Positions 47,542 to 58,478 of a stretch of 58,478 nucleotides of DNA are shown here, one piece after another. The notes beneath the pieces were generated by a model, which made no database searches, was not told the origin of the DNA, and saw only the letters and a program-made list of their open reading frames with translations. This stretch comes from Catajapyx aquilonaris (Eukaryota). The stretch spans positions 1-58,478 of the forward strand of contig KZ538617.1 of NCBI GenBank assembly GCA_000934665.2, in the 5' to 3' direction. The translations under genes and the position numbers were made by a program. The first letter of the stretch is position 1. Each line of letters opens with the position of its first letter.

Positions 47542-49511
47542 GGGTTGCCTGTTTGCCTGATGAGGGATCTGGAAAAAGAGGCCGCCAGTGACATGTTATT
47601 TTATACCCTCTTGTGGGCTTTACAAACCAACAGGCACCAATGTCAATGTTGGTTGAAAAATTCTTAGATGGCTTTGCTTCAACTAAAACCAGGGCCTTCA
47701 AAGTGGAGTCCAGAGTGAGTTTGTGCTCTCTCTCTATTTTCCTTCCATTTCCCGCACTGTCAGTGACATTCAGATCAGCCTACACCCTAGCATGGCATTT
47801 GAACTTCGTCATTCCTTCCATGACAATAATAATATGGCAGCAGAATTTTTCTTTGCTGACTTGTCCATAATGAAAAAAAATATTCTTCTTATGTACTGAT
47901 AATCAACAGCTTTGTGCAAAAAATTGCTAACTAAAACAGGCTTGGAACACCCTGTATGTGCAGAATGAAACAATGTTTTTTCTTACAAGGAAGTGTCTAG
48001 TCACGGCTGAAACTGGCATACTAGGTAACATGGAGGCCAAACAATATATGTCATGCTTGGTAGCCACTTTTGAATTCCGATCATAGTAAGGTGGAGCACT
48101 TGTGCACTCTGCCAGTGCAGCACTGGAACAGAGATGGGATAGCTGATTGACAGCTATGGCTGAGCTCCCATGTCAAACTCATTCCAATGTTGTGGACTTC
48201 CCAAAATTTAGGCATGCATTGTGATAAGAACAAGCACCATATTTTTTCAACTACAACTTGAAAATTATTCCGATATGCAATTTAAGCATTCTGCAATCAT
48301 ATTTTGGCTTCTAATGTTCTGAACATGCCAATTTTCTGCCAATATGTCTTCTGGTTTCTTCCTTGCTTATTACCATATAGATATCTGATATGATAGTAAA
48401 TGTGCTTCATTTGACATAGACAATATATTTGCATGGTGCTGTGTTTGTATGTGCATTTATGGTAAATATGACCTGTAAGTAATTTGAGATTACTGTTACA
48501 ATTGATTCCTTTTTGAATTCTCAGAGGATAATGATTGAATTGTTTCTGACACTTTTTTTGTGCAATGCCTATTTATCATCATAAATCTTGTCATGGATTG
48601 TATTTATTGTTTTATTTTAGAATGCTGACTGAATAGTTTGCTACATTGCTGTTTTCTGGTCCATTTGCTTTATCGTTGAGATAATTTTTGACATATAATT
48701 TTTTGCCGCCTCAAAGGCTAGTTGGCAAAAGATTTTAAAAGCCGGTGTTAGATCTCTGCGCATATGGACCACAAAGACACTAAACATTAAATGGTCAAGT
48801 CACTCTTCTAAAAAAAACAAGTTTGGAGGTTTTTGTAGCTGGTAGTTTCATGTCCAAGAAATTCTTTTACCTGTCAATTGACTTTAACAATGCAAATATA
48901 GCAAGTGTCTGGCATACATTTGGTCCAGTATAAGGGTTTGTAACATTTCTTGCATCCTGCAGTGCTTCCCTGAAATGACTATCGTCCTCACTGCACAAGT
49001 TTGTGATTTTAGGTGTAATTTTACCAAGGTCAGATATCATGTATTTAACAAGTCAAAATATTTTCAAGTATTTTCAGTAATAATACTGAAATATATCTAA
49101 ATATTTAATGTTAAAAAGTGCTACAATCATATTTATTGCAGATTCATCCATGTTACATTTACCATTCTCAATAATGTTATCAGCTTAAAGCAGGTGGAAT
49201 GCAGATTTGTGCACATGTTAGAAATATTGCAGGTGCTAGTAAATTTCATTCATCGATTTTAGTGTAGCATGCAGACAAATCAGTGCCATGTTAATTCATT
49301 GTGGTCAAGTTGAATGATTCATTATCCTTTAATGGCACATGCCACTCTGCAGGTGAAAGAAAAAACTATTACGTTTCTCTACTTTTTCAGTAGTGGCAAG
49401 AATGAGGGGAAACATTTTGTTGCCTTGTTCAATTTGTTCTAGAGTCATCAGTATAATAATATTGGCTTTCCTGATACCACATTTTAAGCTGATACATTGG
49501 GATTTGCTTAA

Positions 49512-50011
49512 CCCTCAGACGGTGACGTGCGAAATGTTCCCTCTCCGGTGACGTGGGCCCTTTTTGTGACCAAGCCATATTTTTTGTTATATCTGGCGAA
49601 ATATAGCACATTCGGGCTTCACTTTTGAGACAATCATAGTGTGATTCCTTCTACGACGAATAGCGTTTAGTTTACATTTTTTGAGAAAATAGTGCGATCA
49701 GAAAAATATCGGAAAGAAAATCAGTCGGGGCCAACTCCCCGGGGTAGGGGGATTCCACCCCTTGGCGGCCTGGGATGCCACCGGGAGCCGCCAGACCGGA
49801 TCTTGGTTAGGCCCCATCTACGCATTGCCGCCTAATTTATTTTTTCCTGGTCGTGCTATTTGCTCAAAAAATTTAAACTAAACTTCATTCATCACAGAAA
49901 TAGTCAAACGAAAATGTTCTCAAAGATGAATCTCGAATGTCCTAAATTTGCCAAGTTATAGCAAAAAAAGGGTCGTTGGACACAAAAAGTGCCCACGTCA
50001 CCGTCCGAGGG
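49512..50011. mobile_element. piggyBac-like MITE with long imperfect arms
   Basis: TTAA|CCCTCAGACGGTGACGTG ... CACGTCACCGTCCGAGGG|TTAA. Confidence 0.83.
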
Positions 50012-51020
50012 TTAAGTGTGCCATTTTGATATTAACTTATGAAATAGGTGGGTGAAATGTGGCAAATACATCTTCAACAATGTTATGTCCACCTTCATGG
50101 TGTAATCATGTCCGCGAGTTCTGTGTAAAATTAAAGCAATAATGTTACTAAAACCTTACTGCAAGGCTACTATTAATTATGAAAATTAATACCTTGATAT
50201 AATAGACATCTGTTAGGTTGGCAGTAGTGTTTTGTTCAGATGTGAGCCTCTTCTGGCTATAAAAATACAATTGTGTTACTTTAATTTTCTAAAGATGTGT
50301 GCTTGTTCCAGTGTTTGGCATTTTATTTAGGTTGGCACCTGAATAAAGCAACAATGATTATTGATTCACTGGTTTTCTTTTAGTAAATGAAAAATACTTC
50401 ATCGGACTTTACATTTGGAACTATACCAAGAAAGTTTCCCTATTTCAACTATACACACACAATGTAAGGTAACTTGCAATATATGCAAATTTATGAATGC
50501 ATTTTTGGCCTTTTGTGATTGGTCATTTAGCACCTTGTTAAAACATATACATACACTAATTCCGCGCCATATTTCCCATTAGGCGCAATAAGGAATTGCC
50601 TAAGGGCGGCCACCCTCCAATGCAATATATGATTTTTAAAATGAAATAATATGAAATAAAGGTGAGAACACAATAAAAAATAAACTTGAATTTTGAAGCT
50701 GGATATCAACTGCCTAGGGGCAGCTGGGGTGGGGGGTGGGGGGAGTGGGGTAAATCCGACGAGCTGCACTTATTTAGGACTGCGTGGACTTTTTTAGCTT
50801 CAGCGTGGTAGAAAGGTGAAAAATTCACCTGAAGAGAGATGCTTGTCACCTCCATTTCTTATTTCACTGCCACAGCCATGGTTCTGGCCGGGAGGTGGTC
50901 CATAAACCAGTAACCCCCAATCTTACAAGCCACCACCTGCAGGTTATCCTGACAGTATTCAACATGAATATGTGTCGTAAAATTGAAATGAAAATTGAAT
51001 AACAAATGACTTTTCATTTC

Positions 51021-51162
51021 AATTTTGGAATAAGGGACAATTTCCAAAAGAGGATAAATGCCATACTTAAATTTTGGAATGAGGGACAATTTCCAAAAGA
51101 GGATAAATGGGGATCCAACAATTTGTGGGATCGGCACTTATCCTCTTTTGGAAATTGTCCCT
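51021..51162. repeat. ~40-bp direct duplication plus an inverted copy
   Basis: AGGGACAATTTCCAAAAGAGGATAA occurs twice in direct orientation, with its reverse complement at about 51138-51162. Confidence 0.75.
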
Positions 51163-52249
51163 GTTCTTGTGCGCCATCTGGTGGCTGAAATACTGTATAT
51201 AAGGAGCGATGCTGCTGAGCTCCGCCCTCTTACCCATTACTCTTATGCTCTTCTCCTGAGCTTGGCTGTAACCTCAGAGAGCAATAGACGTGCTGTTGTT
51301 ATCACCAGTCCGAGTATCATTTACTGAACCTGGTATTTGGACCCATGAGCTAGCCAGGTGTACTGTACCGCAAATACGGTACGGGTCCGACAATGGTCGT
51401 GTCACAATATAGCCACATGTATCACAAAACCTCAATTTCACCATTACGATTCTTTCTCAGTAACGTTATAGATTATACTTATAAAATACTTATAAATTTT
51501 GTTTTATATTTGGGAATGCATGTGTCATTAAATTCCAAGTTAATTATGAACATAATTCCTAAGTTCTCGTCAAGCAGACTTAGACTCCACTTATTATGGC
51601 GCTTTTGTCAAATGTCATATGTCTCCATTATAAAAACTCGTAGGGTTTAGGATTTATGGTGACATAAAAGAGCGATCGGCTATACATGGCTATATATATC
51701 CGTGTGGGCCTGGTACGGTCTTCTCAGAGATTACGTATCTCCTGCTGTTGATGGACCTTAGTTTTAATTGTCAGTGTTGATCCTACTGGAGAACACAGGA
51801 ATAATAATTGTTGTTGTTGTTGATATTATTATTATTAATAATAAAAATAAATAAATATAAAATATAATAAATATAAAATAAAAAATAGTAGCCCCAATAA
51901 TAATAATATTATTATTATTATTAATAATAATATTATTATTGGGACTACTATTTGTTTCTTTTGCCCTGCAGATAATTGAGCAACCCGGGCAGGAGGGCCA
52001 CCAGTTATAGCGACTGGTGGACTCGGGTCATCTGCAGCATTTGTTGATTTTTATGAGGCATGTTTACCTATGTTTACGAATAAGGATTCGCTGCAGATAA
52101 TGGCGCTCACTTGTCAGATGCTGTAAGAAAGAATCCGTGCCCCCCCCCCCACCTCCCCCAATCCTATTTGGCCTTGGCCAGTAACAGAGTAGGTGTGTGT
52201 GGAAGAATCTAATAGTCTACGTCTCTACGAACGGTTCAACTGTTTTGTT

Positions 52250-52447
52250 TACTGCGTGGTCCGCTGACTGACGGTACCAAGGGGGTAACCACTCGACTGA
52301 AAAGTGTACACTGGAGTACCAAAATTCAAGGAGTACCAAGGAGTACCAAAGAGTAAAGTACCTAAGGAGTACCTGGGAGTACCACTTGCAGTTGTACACC
52401 GGAGTACCGAAGTGATTACCCCCTTGGACGGTACCGTGCATGCAGTC
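52250..52447. repeat. Small element with a GGAGTACC array inside inverted repeats
   Basis: Six GGAGTACC copies between CCAAGGGGGTAA and TTACCCCCTTGG. Confidence 0.65.
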
Positions 52448-52861
52448 ACAGAAGATATAGGCTACCGTATATCCATTTTCTTATTTATTTTTCATCACAC
52501 ATCGTCTAATATTACATAACGATCCCAATTAATGTCAAGATGCTGATGACTTGGGGCACATGATATAAACGCTGCATAATTGGTTGCTTGAAGATTACCC
52601 TGTACAGAGTTTAGATTTCAGTCGTCGAAATTGTGTGTGATTGTCCTTTGTATTTTACGCAATTTTTATTCGTTCAATTAAGTTATTTGTTGAAAGAAAG
52701 GCGCTCAAAAAATGGGCGCCGCGCCGATTAGAATGCTGACGGCTACAACATAAAATTAACAAATTGATCGATCTACTAAAGAAGCTACAGTATAGCTTAA
52801 TAAATTCTGATAAAGAAGCTAGAATATATGTGTCATTTAAATTCCAAGTTAATTATGAGCA

Positions 52862-53189
52862 GGGGAGGCGGAGTGGTGCTGCGGTAACGTATGCGCCCGG
52901 GTTCGATCCCAACCCGGGGACACCCCCTTCATCTCGTGCAGAGTTCAGGGTCACCTCTGGCTTCGTCTCGGGTGGTATTTCCACAGACTAAACCACCCGG
53001 GGGAGTTCACTAAAAATGGCCACGGATAAGACCACTGGACCTTGCACATCCCCTCCTGTCATCCTGCCCGTGGGCCCGGGCGTTACGTATAAAGGCTCCA
53101 ACGTACTGTACTTGACATGACATAATAAATAAAGGTCCGTGCTGCATACCTCAGATGAGGTCAAGCACTACCCCGGATTATTTTTTTAA
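52862..53189 (+). mobile_element. tRNA-derived SINE (type E)
   Basis: GGGGAGGCGGAGTGGTGCTGCGG...GGGTTCGATCCC head; 16-bp TSD AAGTTAATTATGAGCA at 52846-52861 and 56034-56049, pushed apart by the LINE. Confidence 0.8.
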
Positions 53190-53204
53190 AAATTAAAAAA
53201 GTTA

Positions 53205-56025
53205 TTGATTTTATTTTTTATTTAATTTACCCCGTGTTCGAGCCTTTGGCTCGTTTTGGGGGACACAGCCACATATGTATTACATACAAATTCGGTATGT
53301 GTGCATTAATGCTCATTTATATTTACAATTTTGATCACGTTTTGAAAAAAGGAGAACAATTTATGTACATCTGGTTTTTGGCTATTTGTGAAGAGCATCA
53401 AGATCTGGTCAGGTAGAAATTTAGGTATATCAAACAGGTATTTCCGTCTTGGAGGAATGAACAAGGGGCCTTGCAGGGGCATTCGTAAATCATATGAAAA
53501 ATTGAACAGTTTACCTGCCAATTTCACCATACACACTGTTCCTCTGAGTCTATTTTAAGTTGCTCGTTTTGTTTTAATTTTATATAGCAGGAGTTATTTC
53601 GCAAATTCGCTAACAACCGAATGTGGGATATTGGCAGGTCTATGTTAAAATAGCTTTCTCTCTGGAATTCGTCTTTTACGTCTTCGTAGCTTATATATCT
53701 ACTAGTTTTTTGTAGTCTGTTTATTAAATCATTGTTAAGCGCCAGTTCAATTGTTTCAAGGATCTTTGGGAGCTCATCTGCCGACTTTTTCCAATTTTCT
53801 GCTAGAGGTTGGAAGGTTTTTGAACAACTTGCCAGCCAATTTAACCTGTTTTTTGGACTTAATTCTTTTTGTGTAGTGTATAAGTATGCTGCTTTAAGAA
53901 GTTCATTTTTTGAGTTTGTTTCTATATTGAGTATAAATTTTAGTGTTGCTCTGGCGACATTTAAAGTAAGTGGAATTACTCCTGTTTCTAAATAGACAAA
54001 GTATGCTGCTGTCGTCCGTGGTAGGTTCAAAAACTTCTTCAGGAAGTAAGTTTGGACCTGGAGTATCTCTGCTAAGTGCTGGGGTCCCCATATTGGGCAT
54101 GCGTACAATAAGACTGGCACAATGTGGGCATTGAACAGTTTCAATGCCACCGTGAGGTCTCTAAGTTTCAATTTAATGAAGACCGGCCAGAGTGAATTTA
54201 TTGCGGCTCTAGCCTTTCTTTTGAAAATTTCCGCTGCCTCGTTCTTTTTGCCGGAGCACTTAAAAGGGACCCCTAGATATGTGTATATGATTCGTTTTTA
54301 ATTTTTTGATCTTGCCAAAAGAAAATTTTCCAGGGTTTTCTTCCACCCTTTTGGAAGCAAACAAGTTTGGTTTTGTCTAAATTTATTCGTAGCTCGTTCT
54401 CTCTAAAATATTCCACTAACATATTTATATTTCTCTGCATATAACATGGGTGTTCTGTAATCAGTATTATATCATCCACGTAAGCCAATATCAATATTTC
54501 CTCTTGTCCTGGTCCAAAATTTACACCTTTAGCACCTGCGGCTGCTAACTCTGCATGGAGATCTGCTAAATATAAATTGAATGGGAATGGGCTTAAAGGT
54601 TCACCCTGTGGTAGTCCTGTTGTTATCTTAATTAGATCGGTATTGTGTTCCGAAACTATACCCATTTTAGTATACATGTCTTTCAATAATATAATATATT
54701 ATCTTATCACTCATACCGATCAGTCTAAGTTTTATGAATAATTTGTCATGTCTAACCGAATCAAATGCTTTCGACAGATCGATAAAGAGAGCATACAGCT
54801 TTCCTTTTGGTCTAGATAAATATTTCTGTATTAGAATGTAAAAGGTGAACAAATGGTCCATGCAACCTCTCCCTTTTCGGAAAGCCGCCTGCCAATCTGG
54901 GATTTTATTATGTGTGTTTGCCCATCTTTGCAGCCTGTCAGTTAATATGGAAGTAAATAATTTAAATGAGTTGTTGAATATTGCAATGGGGCGATAATTT
55001 TTTGGCAAGTCCCTGTCTCCAGTTTTATGTATGGGTATGACTCTAGCCTGCCCCCAGTTATTTGGTACTTTTTGTGTTTGTATGCAGTTATCGAAAATCT
55101 TGAAAAACCTTTCCATTAAACTTATTTTACAGTCTTTTATTAGTGTGTTAGATATCAAGTCCAGTCCCGGAGCAGTTTTAGTTTTAAGTTTCGTTATTGC
55201 ATTTTCCAATTCGATTCTCGTGAGTGGGCCACCATCCAATGTCCGATCTTGTTGAAAGATGTCCATATCCCTCAATTCTGCGTTAGGTGAAAGCTGGGCC
55301 ACCTCTGAGTAGTTCGATTTCAAGTATTCCCACCATGTTGAAGCATCTAATATTTGACGGGGATTTTGTTTTTTGGCTCTCTTTATGAGTGCCCAAAACT
55401 CTCCGGGCTTTGTTGTGTTATTAGTTTTTGCCTCAGTGTATGTGAAAAATATCTCTTTTTTTTGCAAGGCTTAGGTTTTTATAACTCGCTCTCCTATTTA
55501 TGTAGACTTCCCTATTACTTGCAGTATCAGCTTCCCCCCAAATATGTAGCAGGTTCTTTACCTCGCCTTTTACTTGTTGTAGGTCGTTGTCAAACCATGG
55601 GGCTACTCTAATTCGGTTATTGGGAGAGGGCGTTTGTGACCTTGTAACTATCAATCCAAATTCAGTTAGTTTTTTTTAAATCAAGGTGGTTAAAGTTTCC
55701 ATTGGGTTCACCAAATTGCAATCATAGTCCCAATCTAACTCCTGTTGTTCCATTAGGCTGTCGGATAAGAAGCCAAAACCGTCCATTGGGGTAATCAACA
55801 TACTACGTGAGATTTGAGAGGTTTTCTCCTTTTATGTGAATTCAATCACTGGTCTCATCCTTCACCTGTCTTGGGGTATTCCAGCAACTTACCAAATCTG
55901 ATTCTAAAACATTTTAATTATAGTTTCCAATTCGTGAATTAAAATCGCCCATTATGATTGTGGGGGTTCCCTTTTCAGAAGCACTTTCTATTAGTTTAAC
56001 TACAGGCTCTATTGAATTGCTATCG
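53205..56025 (-). mobile_element. 5'-truncated, frameshifted non-LTR retrotransposon (APE + RT; CR1/L2-group-like)
   Basis: APE remnant PTIIMGDFNSRIG near 55930-55965; RT motifs APGLDLI, NYRPIA, FIDLSKAFDSV, GLPQGEPLSP, YVDD; A-rich tail near 53205-53228; TSD AAATTAAAAA(A)GTTA at 53190-53204 and 56026-56039. Confidence 0.92.
53524..55467 (-). pseudogene. Broken LINE ORF2 (reverse transcriptase and C-terminal region)
   Basis: Consecutive ORF pieces 54667-55467, 54273-54686 and 53524-54171, separated by frameshifts or stops. Confidence 0.88.
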
Positions 56026-56712
56026 AAATTAAAAAGTTAATTATGAGCATAATTTCATTCCTAAATATCAACAAGTTCTAGAATTCTGTGCAGATGTTTG
56101 TGCTTCTGAGTAGTTTCCCTGCAGCTTATACTTGTTAAAGCCTGTTGCACCCTGTTTGGAAATGAATAGGTAAATAGGAAAAAAAAAATCTGACATACTC
56201 CCTTCCCGTCAGGCTCTCACACAGTGTCACATGCAAATCTTTTGTCCATGTAGGTTTTATTCAAAACAGATTAAAATCACTGGAGACCAGGTACGAGTAT
56301 AGACTGTAAGCCTCCATCCTGTCACGTATCACCATGTACCACATCATCATGTAATTTCCTTTTTTTTAAATGGACTGCTTTTATGAACAAAGGCCATTCT
56401 TATCTTCTGATTGACATATGCTTGAGCCTTGAGGTGTCCTCCAACTGATAATTCTATTCTTATTGGATTCAAAATTGTCAGAATATACATGTATTCATCG
56501 CGAGCAAAAAAGATGGGAGGCGATTGCTCACAGGTTGATCGAAAGTTCCGTGGAATGCCTCTCGGCTGCAATAAAAATAATAATAAACATGCAATCAGTT
56601 GTCCTCATCTTTTAGCTCGCAATACTGTATGATATAATAGCAGACTAAACATATCGGCACGAACAAAACGAGTAATAATTTCTATGTTCTGCCTGTCGAA
56701 TGAACCTAGTTG

Positions 56713-57552
56713 TTACATATCTTCGACTTGTGGAATAATTGACGCATAAGCAGTTTCAGGATCGTCATAAGCATCCACGTGATCTCCCGATTGATATTTT
56801 CCTTCTTCAAGAATTTGGATCAATTTTTGTACAGAGGCAGTTGGAGACAAAAGGTACTTTGCCCTCTTTATGTGCTCGATTACTTCAGGAGTACCTCGGG
56901 ATGACATACCATCCCACATCAGTTTGGTAGAAACCACTCCAGGAGCATAGTTAAGCACATTCAATTTGGGATTCTCTAAAGCTAAGGATTTGAATATCAT
57001 ATTTCGAGCTGCTTTGGCAGCGCAATACAAAGATGCATTAGGAAATGCCCTGACAGCAGCCAAAGAAGATACTTGAATGATAGTGTGCCTCTTGACAGTT
57101 TCCTCTTTAAACACCTTCAAAAACTCAGCGTTGAGACATATTGCAGACGTCACGTTCATGTTGAAGTAATTCTCTATGTCCGTAGGTTGGTCAAGTTTGG
57201 CCACCACCTTATTGAGTAGGGATGCTGCGTTGTGGATTATGATGGCGTGGGCAAAATCTGAAGCTTTCTTATCCAGTTTTTTAAGACAGGCATTGATAGA
57301 CTGGATAAACTTGTCGCTGTCATATTTGCTGAGATCAACAGATTCCACAATGACCTTGACCTCCGGAGCTACTTTGGTCACTTCAGACCTGGTTTCATTA
57401 AGACCCTGGACATCTCGAGCCATGAGAAGAAGAGCAGACCCCTTGCCCATCAGCTTTGCAAATTCGACGGCCACAGCCCGTCCGATTCCTCTGCTGGCAC
57501 CAGTTATCAAGCAGAAGGAGCTGCCTTCCCAGAATTTGGACTGACTAGGCAT
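56713..57552 (-). CDS. SPR: Sepiapterin reductase-like short-chain dehydrogenase, 279 aa
   Basis: ITGASRGIG, HNAAS, SSLAA, YCAAK, VLNYAPG and C-terminal YQSGDHVD; ATG at 57552 (the ORF track start at 57588 lies beyond a TTTACAG acceptor at about 57574). Confidence 0.88.
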   Translation of the reverse strand: MPSQSKFWEGSSFCLITGASRGIGRAVAVEFAKLMGKGSALLLMARDVQGLNETRSEVTKVAPEVKVIVESVDLSKYDSDKFIQSINACLKKLDKKASDFAHAIIIHNAASLLNKVVAKLDQPTDIENYFNMNVTSAICLNAEFLKVFKEETVKRHTIIQVSSLAAVRAFPNASLYCAAKAARNMIFKSLALENPKLNVLNYAPGVVSTKLMWDGMSSRGTPEVIEHIKRAKYLLSPTASVQKLIQILEEGKYQSGDHVDAYDDPETAYASIIPQVEDM

Positions 57553-57873
57553 GACTGCTTCTTGATGTGATCCCTGTAAAGTCACCAATGTTCAATGAAA
57601 AAGTGCTGGCAATGCGTGCAATAGCATTAAATTGCCATTTCCTTTAGCACCCATGAAAAATATTTAAAATATATTGCAAATCGGCATTATTTCTATTTAT
57701 TTCTATTTATTATTTCTATCGAACAATGTGCTGTGACAGGATGGCATCACACCATATGAGTAGGCAAATAGTGCAACGCGGCTGCAAAATTACACATACA
57801 CTGTCTAGTGTCCATTGCGTCCCGCGTTACCCCAGTGTACCATTTTCCAAAAGTAATTACATAATATAATAGA

Positions 57874-58420
57874 AACTAGCAGCGGTACCCGTTCTTCGCA
57901 CGGGAAAAAAAGAGCGTGGATAATTACACCGAAATCTTCTTAGATCTCAAGCAATATTAAATGCAAAACTGCTCATTCCCTTGCATATGTAGGCATTGGA
58001 AGGGTGTAAAAATTCTGGTTTGTTTGCGTAATAAAGAGCCACGCAACTATGGCTATGTGGTGATCAGAATACAAAAAGGTGGGACAGATGGAGAGAGAAA
58101 CAAAGAGGAAAAAGAAGAAAGGAAAGACTGGTATCTCTCTTAGTCTGTCTCCTATCCCAAAGACCTGTCCAACTTGGGCGGCCCTATCAGTAGACGAAAC
58201 TACCGCCGGCATAGCTCTTCAGGATCATGGGAAAACGAAATCCCACCACCAAGGCAAGGTGGAGATACATTGGGGGGAGGGGACAAAAAAATTTGGATAA
58301 AAAAATTGGGGGAAGTGCAAAATTTGAAACCATTTACAGGCCTGTTTCTATGGTAATCACCAACAAAATTCTGTTGCCACTGGCAAATAAATGTTATTTT
58401 TTTGCCTTACATACGTAGAT
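57874..58420 (+). mobile_element. Possible Lep1/DINE-1-like non-autonomous rolling-circle element
   Basis: Begins ACTAGCAGCGGTACCCGTTCTTCGCACGGG (ACTAG plus a short GC hairpin); 3' boundary uncertain. Confidence 0.35.
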
Positions 58421-58478
58421 TATCAAAATATGTTATTTATTTATTAATTTATAGCAGCAAACCCTGTCTGGTACATAT

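Noticed and set aside
52300..52410. Short repeat array superficially like CRISPR
   Set aside because: 8-bp units, irregular short spacers, eukaryotic context and no cas genes.

Overview
Eukaryotic, probably arthropod, genomic DNA with three poly-C-flanked assembly gaps. It holds four protein-coding genes: SMIM12 (minus strand, one coding exon); a 7-exon DDHD1/PA-PLA1 phospholipase (plus, head-to-head with SMIM12); a PLD3-family two-HKD enzyme (plus, nine firm exons plus a probable distant first coding exon); and a sepiapterin-reductase-like SDR (minus, one coding exon). The rest is dense with transposon debris: a 5'-truncated, frameshifted APE/RT LINE, at least five tRNA-derived SINE types (most with clear target-site duplications), and many fold-back MITEs (Tc1/mariner, piggyBac-like, PIF/Harbinger, hAT, Sola-like), several of them nested. 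The most interesting signal is a shared 3'-terminal RNA structure, CCCC-N4-[variable hairpin]-ANCAC-GGGGTA-A-rich tail. It ends the LINE and several otherwise unrelated SINEs, and one SINE has swapped it for a second tail type. All calls were made by eye from the sequence; no database searches were run.
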